Positions 49,720-61,891 of a DNA stretch of 64,000 bases are shown here, one piece after another. A program made the position numbers and the translations under genes. The DNA lies in contig NC_043005.1 in NCBI RefSeq assembly GCF_006345805.1, forward strand, positions 55,862,001 through 55,926,000. The letters are read 5' to 3'. The DNA is from Octopus sinensis. Its lineage: Eukaryota. Every line of letters begins with the position of its first letter. The first letter of the stretch is position 1. The notes beneath the pieces are model-generated. The model was not told the DNA's origin. It saw only the letters and a list, made by a program, of their open reading frames with translations, and ran no database searches.

Positions 49720-50152
49720 TCCTTTAGCATTCAGATAACTATGTTAAATGTAATGCTTGTATATTCACATTGTTTTAAATTAACCATGCATTATCTTTTA
49801 GCTTTGAGATTTTGATGATGTGATTGTTTACTTTTAGTTTGACATTGCAGGGTAGGTGTGAGAGACCAGACTTTGCCAGATAGAACATAAAACAGAATAT
49901 TTTGGCCAGATGTGGCTTGTTTAACCCTTTCGTTACGAGCCTGGCAGAAAATGGCTCTGGCTCTGAGTACAAATGTCTTGTTTCCATAAGTTTTGAATTA
50001 AAATCTTCCACCAAACCTTAGTCACAATTTATGTTCCTAACACTGATTGATAACTAAGTTATTTTACTAAATTCTTTGCTATATTTAAAGTAATTGAAAG
50101 AAAAGAGCATCTCAAAATAAATACGACAATGAAAGGGTTAAATACTGAAGGG
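49720..50152 (+). mobile_element. piggyBac-like MITE family F interrupted by another MITE
   Basis: Matches 8383-8600 and is split at its internal TTAA. Confidence 0.75.
49925..50137. mobile_element. piggyBac-like MITE
   Basis: TTAA|CCCTTTCGTTACG...CGACAATGAAAGGG|TTAA. Confidence 0.85.
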
Positions 50153-51040
50153 ATATTGCCCTCTCAACACTGTGGTGTCTACAATCATTTGTCAATTACT
50201 TTACAGAAATTTAAAAGATGTTTCATCCAGCAAAAATGCCTCTAGGAAGTTGTTCCATCTGCTAGAAACAGCAAGCAAATCTCCCACAGATCTTTGATTT
50301 ACTGCAACTTATATACAAATGGATTAATTAGTGTATTTTCCTGGGTACAAGTAAGATATATTAGATCAAAATTGACAGCAAAGAGAAATTAAGTCGACTT
50401 ATGCAGCAAGACAACTTTGGAGAACCAAAAATTCCATGTGAAATGCAACAGGATTCAGAAGGATACTGACAATGTTTGAATGATGTTTGTGCTACATGTT
50501 TACACTATATACTGCTTTGAGTTGTATGCCAGAAAATATGGTATTTACTAATTTATCCAATGACACTGAGTTAACACAGCAAGCAGGCAAAATCATTAGT
50601 ACACAAAATAATGCTTTTTGGTATTTCATTCATCTTCACATTCTGAGTTCAAATTCTACCAAGGTCAACTAAATTTCATCCTTCTGGGGTTGATAAAATA
50701 AGACCCGTTTAAACACTGTGATTGATGTAATCAACATACCCCACCTCTCTTGAACTTGCTGGCCTTTTGCCAAAATTTAAAACAATTAGTGTTAGTTACT
50801 TTCTACTTTGGATGATTCCTCTGCCTGCTTTAAACATGATCGCTTCAATTGCATTTATTATATTTTATTTATTTTAACAAGCAATTAAATTTTATCAAAG
50901 ACTTTAAACTGTGATGAATGTCTTGTCTAGCAATATGGATTGATGATTGATTTTTTTAATGCTTCCAACATTTATTATGTCAACACCAATTTGACTATTT
51001 GTTTTGCAAAGCACAGGCATAGCTGTGTGTTAAGAAGTTT

Positions 51041-51270
51041 GCGGTGAGCTGGCAGAAACTTTAGCATGCCGGGCGAAATGCTTAGCGGTATTTCGTCTGC
51101 CGTTTCGTCTGAGTTCAAATTCTGCCAAGGTCAACTTTGCCTTTCATCCTTTTGGGGTCGATTAAATAAGTACCAGTTACACACTGAGGTCAATGTAATC
51201 GACTTAATCCCTTTGTCTGTCCTTGTTTGTCCCCTCTATGTTTAGCCCCTTGTGGGCAATAAAGAAATAA
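51041..51270 (+). mobile_element. SINE family B (B1) with 12-bp TSD
   Basis: TAAGAAGTTTGC at 51031-51042 and 51268-51279. Confidence 0.9.
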
Positions 51271-51450
51271 GAAGTTTGCTTCCCAACCACATGGTCTTGG
51301 TTTTATTCCCATTGTGTGGCACCTTGGGCAAATGTCTTTTGCTATAGCCCTGGGACAACCAAAGCCTTGTGAGAGGATTTCGTACATGGAAACTGAAGGA
51401 AATCTGTTATGTGTGTGTGTGTGTGTGTGCGTGTATATATATATATATAT

Positions 51451-51581
51451 ATTTATTTTATAGAAGGAGCTTCTACAGGACTAGAACTGTTTCATTCAAA
51501 TGAAATCATCAGGAGCTTCCTGATGATTTCATTTGAATGAAACAGTTCTAGTCCTGTAGAAGCTCCTTCTATAAAATAAAT
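51451..51581. repeat. Perfect inverted repeat, 64-bp arms with 3-nt loop
   Basis: 51451-51514 is the exact reverse complement of 51518-51581. Confidence 0.97.
51511..51567 (+). ncRNA. Type I hammerhead ribozyme with closed stem III
   Basis: AGGAGCUUC-CUGAUGA-U-UUC(AUUU)GAA-U-GAA-ACAG(UUCUAGUC)CUGU-A-GAAGCUCCU. Stem I 9 bp, stem III 4 bp, GUA triplet. Stem II is weak (3 bp plus U-U). Confidence 0.8.
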
Positions 51582-51646
51582 TAATTTACTCTGCTATGTA
51601 TTGAGTACCTTATTTACTGTGGTTAACCCCGACTCAACCCGGGACC

Positions 51647-51693
<47 letters not shown>

Positions 51694-52214
51694 GTATGTA
51701 TGTATGTATTTGTGTGTCTTTGTGTGTCACTGCTTGGCAACTGGTGTTGGTTTGTTTATGTCTCTGTAACTCAGTGGTTCAGTAAAGGACATCCATAGAA
51801 TAAATTCCAAAGTTAAAAAATTAAGTACTGGCTGCAGTCCAATGACTGACACAAGTAAGACCTAAAAAACAAAAAAGATGAAAAGAAGATACTGACATAA
51901 ATGATATTAGATATCAGATACACTGATCTGAAACTGTTAAAAAGTAACATGTTCGCACGTGGCTGGTTGCTTCCCCACCTCAGTTCAAAATGCCAAATAG
52001 CAGTCTCCCTCCCAGTACATGACAAATCATCACAAAACTCAGTCCTTGTTAAAACGTGGTAATGTATGTGCCTCAGTAACCCTAGTAGGGCCTCCCATGC
52101 AGGACAGGTCAAAAGATGGAGGCCAGATTAATATGAACCACGTTTTCCCTTACATAAAAATGGGTTTGTGTAAGACCAACACCTCTACCTAGAAAAAAGG
52201 CAAAAATACAGAAA

Positions 52215-52420
52215 CATTCATCATAATCATCATCATCATTATCGTCATTATCTTCATACATCTGTTTTCCATGCTGGCATGGGTTGGACGGTTTGACAGG
52301 AGTTGACCAGCTGGAGAGCTGCACCAGGCTCCAATTGTCTGTTTTGGCATGGTTTTCTATGGCCAGATACCCTTCCTAACACCTGCCTCTGAAAAGAGTG
52401 TACTGGGTGCATTTTATGTG
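52215..52420 (-). mobile_element. RTE 3' UTR
   Basis: Reverse complement of the family 3' end. Confidence 0.75.
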
Positions 52421-52576
52421 GCAATTCAAAACCAACATGACCTGAGAGAAGCCCTGCCTCAGTGGGGATCCACAGGGATGTGGAAGACAGAACAGCCGAG
52501 AGTTAAGAACACTGGGGAGAAGTCACTGATGGCCAATACCCCATAGGGAGCAAAGAGCTTAACTATATAGATACAG

Positions 52577-52810
52577 AAAGGCGGTGAGCTGGCAGAATCA
52601 TTAGCATGCCGGACGAAATGCGTAACCGTATTTCGTCTGCCGTTACATTCTGGGTTCACATTCTGTTGAAGTCGACTTTGCCTTTCATCCTTTCGGGGTC
52701 GATAAATAAAGTACCAGTTACGCACTGGGGTCGAGGTAATCAACTTAATCCCCTTGTCTGTCTTTGTTTGTCCCCTCTATGTTTAGCCCCTTGTAGGCAA
52801 TAAAGAAATA
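52577..52810 (+). mobile_element. SINE family B (B1)
   Basis: Full head and B1 tail. Confidence 0.9.
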
Positions 52811-52845
52811 TATATAAATACAGGAATGGCTCTTATTGTATCTAA

Positions 52846-53035
52846 CCCTTTAGCACTCAGACCAGCCATATCTGGCCCAAACGTTCTACCTGTTTTATAT
52901 TCAAACCATCCAGATTCAGCTTTTCACACTTATCCTAAAATGTCATTCTAAAAGTAAACAATCACATCGTCAAAATCTCAAAAGTATGATTAATTCAAAA
53001 CAGAATGAACAAATAAGCATTACAATTACCAAAGT
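52846..53035 (-). mobile_element. piggyBac-like MITE family F (partial)
   Basis: TAACCCTTTAGCAC..CAGCCATATCTGGCCCAAA is the reverse complement of the family F right end. Confidence 0.7.
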
Positions 53036-53398
53036 AATCATCATCATCATCATCCTCATCATTTTAACATCTGTTGTCCATGCTTACATGGGTTGAATGG
53101 TTTGACCAGAGCTGACAAGCTGGGGAACTGCACCAGATTCCAGTCTGATTTGGCATGGTTTCTACAGCTGGATGCCTTTCTTAACACCAACCATTTTACA
53201 AAGCATGCAGAGTGCTTTTACATGACACCACACAGGTACTTACTTTTGCATGGTGCCAAGTGAGAGCTTTTACATGGTGCTGCATGGGCAATTTTACATG
53301 GCATCACATGGGTGCTTTTGCATGTTGCCACCTGGGTGCTTTTACATGGTACTGCATGGGTGCTTTTACATGGCAATACCATGAGTGTTTTACATCAC
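53036..53398 (-). mobile_element. RTE 3' UTR grading into an approximately 24-bp minisatellite
   Basis: GGGTGCTTTTACATGG units repeated about seven times at 53208-53395. Confidence 0.75.
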
Positions 53399-53432
53399 CA
53401 GAAGGATTGGCAAGTAAATCCTTAATCAAGTA

Positions 53433-53670
53433 AAGGCGGCAAGCTGGCAGAAACATTAGCACGCCAGGCGGAATGCTTAGCAGTATTTCTTCAGCCGTTA
53501 TGTTCTGAGTTCAAATTCCGCCAAGGGTGACTTTGCCTTTCATCCCTTCAGGGTCGATAAATTAAGTACCAGTTACGCACTGGGGTCGATATAATCGACT
53601 TAATCCATTTGTCTGTCCTTGTTTGTCCCCTCTATGTTTAGCCCTATGTGGACAATAAAGAAATAAGAAG
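53433..53670 (+). mobile_element. SINE family B (B1)
   Basis: Full copy. GAAGGA(T/C)TGGCAAGTAA near both flanks may be a long TSD. Confidence 0.9.
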
Positions 53671-53800
53671 GACTGGCAAGTAATCTGAATGCTAAAGGAT
53701 GAGTCTACATCCAAAGGCACAAAAGGAAAATTCAAATGCAAGGGGGAATGAGATTTGGATACAAACCGTAACAGTGAAAGGGAGAGAGAGAAAGAGAGGG

Positions 53801-53839
<39 letters not shown>

Positions 53840-54039
53840 AATAAATAACAGAAGCTGTTGCTCCTTTCATTTACTCCTGTATTATTATTTCTCCCACACA
53901 ATAACAACAAGCAACAGTAGCTGCAGCAATAACAAAAACAATGACTGACAACAACAGCAATGATTTCTTTATTGGCCACAGGAGCTCATAATACAAAATA
54001 CAAAGCATTTTATACAAATAATAATGTTAATAACCACAA

Positions 54040-54043
54040 CAAC

Positions 54044-54099
<56 letters not shown>

Positions 54100-54260
54100 T
54101 GATGATGATGATAATAATAATAATCACGATTTCTCTTAAATAACAACAACAATAATATCAATAATAATAATGATGATAATGATAATAATAATGTCAACCA
54201 TTCATGAAACTTTACTACCAAACATTGCTTCTGTTGAAGATAAAGAGATTTGAATAAGAG

Positions 54261-54303
<43 letters not shown>
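54040..54303. repeat. (AAT)/(GAT) and (AAAG)n microsatellites
   Basis: Direct sequence. Confidence 0.9.
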
Positions 54304-54452
54304 ATGACTGTATTCAATAAAATCATTACTGGAAAGTGTTTACTTTCTCCTGTCAGGAAGATGCTAGTCATGGAGCATCATGCTTCATGATTTCTTAACT
54401 TACTGGCTTTTTAATTTTTTGTTTAGTCTTCTAAGTATGTATCTATGTATAC

Positions 54453-54501
<49 letters not shown>

Positions 54502-54831
54502 TGTGTGAGTGTGTTTCTGCATGAACTGTATGTTTGAAAAAAAGCAAAAAAACAAAGTTTTTTTTATTAGCTACATGGACCAAAAACGAATATGACAATG
54601 AACATTATGTAGGATTGCAGTTACTACAATACATTACAATACCATACAAAAGGCAAACATTTACGAGAGGCTTTCAGACATAAACTCACACACACACACA
54701 CACACACACACGTGTATGAATATACAGATACATGCATATAAATATATGTGTTTGTGAGTAACTACACATGCATACACACCTATATATGTATCACTTGGAT
54801 TTCTGAATTGCCTTTAATTTGATATGTGTAT

Positions 54832-54871
<40 letters not shown>

Positions 54872-55273
54872 GCACGCACACACACACACACAAGTGTGAT
54901 AGTGACAAGTTTTGTTTCTTCCCAGGTCTACTCTACTCACCCCAGGTCTCTCTTCTAAAATATAAGTTGTTGCGAAGCTCCTTTACACCAAGAAACCTGT
55001 TTTGCTCTGACTCACTGGTCCTTTCTCTTATAATTTAACCCTTCATCTTCTAATGTAAGGCCATCTCTGTCAGGGTTCATAGTCTTGCAAGCTGGTGACC
55101 TCACTTGTATTAGCGGCTCAAAAATAGCTTCCATTTCATGCTGTAAAATGGTTGACATTAGGAAGGCCATCCAGCCATAAAATTCTTACCAAAGTAAACA
55201 TTAGCACAATGCAGTTCTTGGACCTGTTGAATCCTGTAAAACCATCCAACACATGCCAGCATGAAACATAGAC

Positions 55274-55341
<68 letters not shown>

Positions 55342-55370
55342 TATATATATATACATATATATGTGTGTGT

Positions 55371-55431
<61 letters not shown>

Positions 55432-55803
55432 GGCACAGGCGTGGCTGAGTAGGAAGAAGCTTGCTTCCCAACCATGTGGTTATTGGTTCTGTCCCACTGC
55501 ATTGCACCTTGGACAAGTGTCTTCTACTACAGCCTTTAGCCAACCAAAACCTTGTGAGTGGATTTGGTAGACAAAAACTGAAAGAAGCCCATCGTATATA
55601 TGTATATATATATTTATGTGTGTGTGTCTTTGTATCTGTGTTCATCCCACCACCACTGCTCAACAACTGGTGCTGGTGTGCATATGTCCCTGTAACTTAG
55701 TGGCTCAGCAAAAGGGACCAATAGAACAAGTACCAAACTTATAAAAAGGATGTGCCAGGGTCAATACAGTTGACTAAAAATTCTTCGAGGCGGTGCCCCA
55801 GCA
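55432..55803 (+). mobile_element. SINE family A
   Basis: GGCACAGGCGTGGCTGAGTAGG head through GGCGGTGCCCCAGCATGG tail. Confidence 0.85.
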
Positions 55804-56529
55804 TGGAAAACAGATATTAAAGGATGATGTTGATGATAAAAAGTCCCACAAGATCAGCCATTTCAGCTGTGTTATAAATTGCTATGGAAATGTCAAAGAA
55901 TCATTCTCCTTTTTGAAGTAGGAGAAATAATATAACAGTGACTTCCTGGCATTCATTATTACACTGGTATCTAGATATTCATTGTAGAATTCTCTCCTGA
56001 ATACCATAGATCTACTTGATGATGGTACTATTTTCCTAGCATCATTGTGCTATCATGACATTGACAGAATTAAAAATGCACTGGATAATTATTTCATATT
56101 TACTTTTGGCTGAGCAAGAAAGTTTGCTTTATAGTCCTTGAGGGCAATGCAAGGTGTAAGAATGGTGAGACAGTCAAAAGAACTAATAAGAACTAGTTTC
56201 CTGACTCTGTAGTCAGGAAACTAGTTCTTTTTAGTTCTTTTGTATTTGTACTTATGACATGTATATGAAAGGACTGTTTCTTTAATTTTATTTATTTATT
56301 TATTTATTTATTTATTTTTTGGTATCTTTCAGTTGTTTGTCAGGAGCTTAGAGTGTATGATCATGTTTAATCATATATTGTCTTTGAAGTATTTTGCAAG
56401 AAACCATTGTAACAAAATTTTGCTCTTTCTTCAAAATGATGAGGTTGGATTCAGTGTTTTAAACTTTTAGGCATTCAGATTGTATCAGCAAATGTACTAC
56501 TTATTTATTCCAAGGGTTTTGAATTATTA

Positions 56530-56575
<46 letters not shown>

Positions 56576-56576
<1 letters not shown>

Positions 56577-56898
56577 GAGTGAGAGAGCAGTGCATGCCAT
56601 CAAAGTGACACTGGGGTAAAATATACAAAGCCCAGTATACCCATCATGACTACCCGTCTGATAAGGGTACACTAGGCATGTACATCACAACCATATGTGC
56701 GCGACATGGTGATCTCATATCAATATAAACAGCACATGACCTAGCAGGTGGGGCCCAGTTAGAATTTTCTTCTGGTTGAGTAATCCATCCCGCTCAAAAG
56801 GTCCCTGAATGAGGGTTGTTTAAGGATGTTGAATGAAACACATGTTTCGAGAGGTGAATTATTCAAACCCCAAAGAATCCCTCTCACACATGGCTATG
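56576..56898 (-). mobile_element. Unclassified retroelement 3' end in (TAA)n
   Basis: GC-richer 320-bp block with (ATT)n on both sides. Minus strand ends GCACTGCTCTCTCACTC(AAT)n. No ORF recognised. Confidence 0.5.
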
Positions 56899-56925
56899 AA
56901 TTATTATTATTATTATTGTTATTAA

Positions 56926-56988
<63 letters not shown>

Positions 56989-56991
56989 CAT

Positions 56992-57829
56992 TCTGTAGTT
57001 TTATTTTTATAGCGTGCTTTCACTTCACTACCGAGCACAGCTCTGTGTGCCTTGGGTATGTGCTGTGATTTGTTGTGATGTTCTGATGGTTATTGTATGG
57101 AAAGTGTTCTGCGTAGGATGTGTGCAGTGCCTAGTAGTGCAATTTTCTGTATGTTATATGTGTTTGTAAGTCTTGGTGTTTTTGTTATGTATTTGTCTGA
57201 ATATTTTTTTATCATGCCTAATGCACCTACTATGATAGGAATTGTTTCTGTTTTCAGATTCCACATTCTAGTACCTCTATTTCCAGGTCTTTGTATTTTG
57301 AGAGTTTCTCCATTTCTTTTAGAGACACGTTGTCATCTGCCAGTATTGATACATCAATTAGAAAGCATTTTTTTTCTTCATGATCTCTGACAACTATATC
57401 TGGTCTGTTGGCCTTAATTTCTCTATCTGTGTGTATCGGCATATCCCAGAGTATGGTTGCTTTCTCATTTTCTGTGACCTTTTCTGGTGTGTGCCTATAC
57501 CATCTTTTTTCTGTTGTTATTCCATAATGTTGGCATAGCTTCCAATGTATGTAGGTTCCAACTCTGTCATGTCTGTGAATATATTCCTTCTTAGCCAGGA
57601 CTGGGCAGCTAGAGATAATATGATTTATTGTTTCTTGTCCATCTCCACATATTCTGCAGTTACTTGTAATATTTCTTTTCATTACATGTTTTTGGTAATT
57701 TCTGGTGGGGAGGCTTTGGTCTTGTGCTGCAATTAAAAATCCCTCTGTTTCTGCTTTGAGTCCTGAGCTTCTCAACCATTGCTGGGATTTTTCTTTGTCT
57801 ATTTCTTTTGCGTTTAGTTTAGTCCAGTA
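56992..57829 (-). mobile_element. 5'-truncated R4/Dong-like RLE non-LTR retrotransposon in (TAA)n
   Basis: LKAETEGFLIAAQDQSL..CRICGDGQETINHIISSC (CCHC)..RHDRV..ANRPDIVV..LIDV..KLSKYKDL..IPIIVGALG..LLGTAHILRRTL*. (ATT)n on both flanks. Confidence 0.9.
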
Positions 57830-58619
57830 GTTATTATTATTATTATTATTATTATTATCATCATCATCATTATCATTATTATTATTCAGGACACTATATT
57901 TCACGTTGCTCCAGCTCATTCAGCTGTAGAAATAAGTTGCAACATTATTAGTGCCAAGCTGTATTGGCCTCTGCCTTTTCCTTAAATAGCATCTGTTGTG
58001 TAGAGAGGGGAGACTTGTATGCATGGGCAGCTGCTAGTCTTCCATAAACAACTTTGCTTGGACTTGTTCTTCAGAAGGGAACTTTCTACGTGCAATCCCA
58101 TGGTCATCCATGACCGGAGTATGTCTTTACTCTGCAGGGTAGGAGTGAGAGGCCAGATCTGACCTGTCAGAGCATAAAATGGGTAGAATATATAGGCTGG
58201 ATATAGTCAGTTGTTTAAATGCTAAGAAGTTCAAGGTCCTTAATTTGAGAGGGATGTCTCTTGCATTTTGAATGTGTACTTGTCTGTGGTGAGCCCAGTA
58301 ACCACTGTGATGAAGGAAAAAAATTCAGTCATTTGTGCTTTTTCTTTTAGTGAGCTATATGGTATAGAGCTTCCTGAAGAGTATTTTATATTCTTCAAAG
58401 AATATAGAAGTGGGAATGCTTCTTCATTTTTGGCTATTTATTGTCAGTTCATAGAAAGGGATCAACAGGTTTGGAATGAGTCTACTTTTATCTTGACAAA
58501 CACAAGGAAAAAGCACTCAATATATAATGATGAGTACATGTACATGGAGAAATAGTAAATGATTCTTTCCATTGTTTTCTTTCATTTGTAAACATAAACA
58601 CACACATGCATACATGCAT

Positions 58620-58866
58620 GCACACACACACATGTATATATAGATATATTTATATATATGTATGAATGTATATGTATACACACATATGTACATGTATACA
58701 TACACATGCATGTATATATATGTGTGTATATATATGTGTGTGTGTGTGTGTATACACACACACACAAATATATCTATATCTATCTACCTATCTATCTATT
58801 GATCTATCTATCTATATATATATATATATTTGTGTATATGTATATACATATATATGTGTGTATATA

Positions 58867-58918
<52 letters not shown>

Positions 58919-58997
58919 TATATGTGTGCGTGTATATATATGTATGTATGTGTATATATATATATGTACATACATGTATATATATATAGATATATAC

Positions 58998-59031
<34 letters not shown>

Positions 59032-59095
59032 GTAAATGTGTATATGTATATGTATATATATGTATATGCATACGTAGATATATATATATATATAT

Positions 59096-59130
<35 letters not shown>

Positions 59131-59250
59131 AATATGTATATATAGACAAATATGGATATATACATATGCATATGCATGCATATAGCTACACACACATACA
59201 CATACATACACATGTGCACGTGTTTGTATGTTTGTGTATGTGTACATGTG
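58620..59250. repeat. (TA)-rich compound microsatellite
   Basis: Direct sequence. Confidence 0.95.
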
Positions 59251-60007
59251 TGCAATGAAATGTAAAATAAAATATGAAGTCTCATTGCTTTGAAAGGAAA
59301 CAATTGCTTCAGAATTATTCGTTATAGGAAAGCTACCTGTGCAGTTTCTTTCACTTGCAGATACTGTTTATCAAAGTAAACTAGAAAACCGTGACAAAAA
59401 TTATTAAAAAATTGCCTCTCTAACATAACGAATAATACAGACAATGGTGGTGGTAGTAGGGATAGTGAGAGGAGATCAAAAACAATTTTTAAAAAAATAT
59501 TTAGCAAAAAAGAAGTGCATATAAACATGCTAGAAATCTAAATGAAAGTGTGTGGGTATATTATGCATGTGTGTGCACTCGTATATCTATACATACACAT
59601 ATATACTCGCTCACACACACACACACACACCATGCGGTTGAGAAGTTCACTTCCTGACTACATGATATTGGATTCAGTCCCACTGCATGGAAGTGTAGGA
59701 AAGTGCCTTGTGGGTGGATTTGGTTGTCAGAAACTGAATGAAGCTCATCAAGTGTGTGTGTGTATGTGTGTGTGTGTATGTGTGTGTGTGTATGTGTGTG
59801 TGTATGTATGTGTACTTGTGTCTGTGTGTGTACATGAGTTTATTTGTGTTTCTCTTGTGTTTGCTGGATTGTAAATTTTAGCTTCCCAATGGTTTCATTC
59901 ACTTGTAGTCCTCTGTGAATATCTTGGCTTCTTGATATCTTTTGCCATATTGTGCAATCTTTGTAAACAATATGCTGTTAAGCAGAGGTATTTTTGTTTG
60001 TTTCTAG

Positions 60008-60288
<281 letters not shown>

Positions 60289-60424
60289 ACTGGAAACAGA
60301 AAACACTATTTTACACCTATTGTTCCCGAAAGTTGCTATTTTATTTTTGTTATGGATTCATTGAAGCTCACTTTCTTCCTACACCTTGATCCTTGAATAT
60401 ATATAAAAGTATACACACACACAC

Positions 60425-60700
60425 ACACACATCATCAGCATCATCATCATCATCGTCATCATCGTCATCATCTAACGTCTGTTATCCATGCTGGTATGGG
60501 CTGAACAATTTGATTAGAGAGCTGGCAAGCTGGAGAGCTGCTCCAGGCTCTAGTCTGATTTGGCATGATATCTGCAGCTGGATGCCCTTCCTAACACCAA
60601 CTACTTTAGAGAGAGTGATAGGTGCTTTAACATGGCACCACATGAGCACTATTACATGGCACCGGCATGAGTGCTTTTTACATGACACCAGCACAAGGCT
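60425..60700 (-). mobile_element. RTE 3' UTR
   Basis: (CAT)n then CAGCTGGATGCCCTTCCTAACACC and GTGCTTTTTACATG units. Confidence 0.75.
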
Positions 60701-60747
60701 CAAGAAAAGAGACAACAAAGGAATGAAGGATTATCTTTTGAAATTCC

Positions 60748-60921
60748 TTAGCCTACAGTTATTTCCACTATAAGATGTTGTGGACTCATAATTGAATACT
60801 TGAGTAACACCTTATAGTTTCAAGGCACTTTGTGCTTGAAACACTGGTGAAACTGTAAGGTGTTACTCAGGTACTCAACTATGAGTTCATCACATCTTGT
60901 GGCGAAACAGCTGTAAGCTAA
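60748..60921. repeat. Imperfect inverted repeat (about 75-bp arms)
   Basis: 60748-60822 versus 60848-60921. The sequence after the right arm matches about 28645-28715. Confidence 0.85.
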
Positions 60922-61127
60922 TGAAGTTCATAAGATAATCATTTATTCCTTTGTCATCTCTTTTCTTATTACTGCTCTGTACTTGACTAACATTTCATTC
61001 CAAAGCATACATATATTGAGTTCTAGGTTATTAGTATTGCAATGCCTAAATGTAATATATATAATGATAATAATAATAATAATTTCTTAAGTATACCCAT
61101 ATACCTATTTGTCTAAATTATTAAATA

Positions 61128-61344
61128 TACTCTTTTACTTGTTTCAGTTATTTGACTGTGGCCATGGTGGAGCACCGCCTTTAGTTGAGCAAATCGACCC
61201 CAGGACGTATTCTTTGTAAGCCTAGTACTTATTCTATCGGTCTCTTTTGCCAAACCGCTAAGTTACAGGGAAGTAAATACACCAGCCTCGGTTGTCAAGC
61301 AATGTTGGGGGTACAAACACAGGCACACAAACATATACACACAC

Positions 61345-61426
<82 letters not shown>

Positions 61427-61585
61427 GACAGACTTCTTTCAGTTTCCGTCTACCAAACCCACTCACAAGGCTTTGGTCAGCTCAAGGCTATAGTAGAAGA
61501 CACTTGCCCTAGGTGCCACACAGTGGGATTGAACCTGGAACCATGTGGTTGGTAAGCAAGCTACTTACCACACAGCCACTCCTAC
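61128..61585 (-). mobile_element. SINE family A, full length
   Basis: Head, internal TA/CA tract and tail. Confidence 0.9.
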
Positions 61586-61751
61586 GTCTATATGTATATA
61601 TCTTTTAAATTTGTTTACAGGAAACATTTTGAATATACAATTGAAGCTCCTATTCCATTATACTAGCCACAGTCTAATGATGCTGGCTGAAGGACCAGTA
61701 TTTGAGGGTTGTATCAAGCTGTACCAATAGAATGTGGAATAAATATAATAA

Positions 61752-61848
61752 CAATAATAACAATAATCTTTGGATGGAATTTTAAAACATTCAATGTATC
61801 ACATTAAATGTTTATAAATTCCATCCAAAGATTATCATTGTTATTGAT
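61752..61848. repeat. Short imperfect palindrome
   Basis: ATAATCTTTGGATGGAATTT versus AAATTCCATCCAAAGATTAT. Confidence 0.8.
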
Positions 61849-61891
61849 ATATATATATATGTATGTATGTGTGTGTGTGTGTGTGTGTGTA

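Larger units (their letters stand above)
51012..51865 (+). mobile_element. SINE family A interrupted by a SINE B and by the HHR palindrome element
   Basis: Head GCACAGGCATAGCTGTGTG..., continues after 51279, tail resumes at about 51690. Confidence 0.75.
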
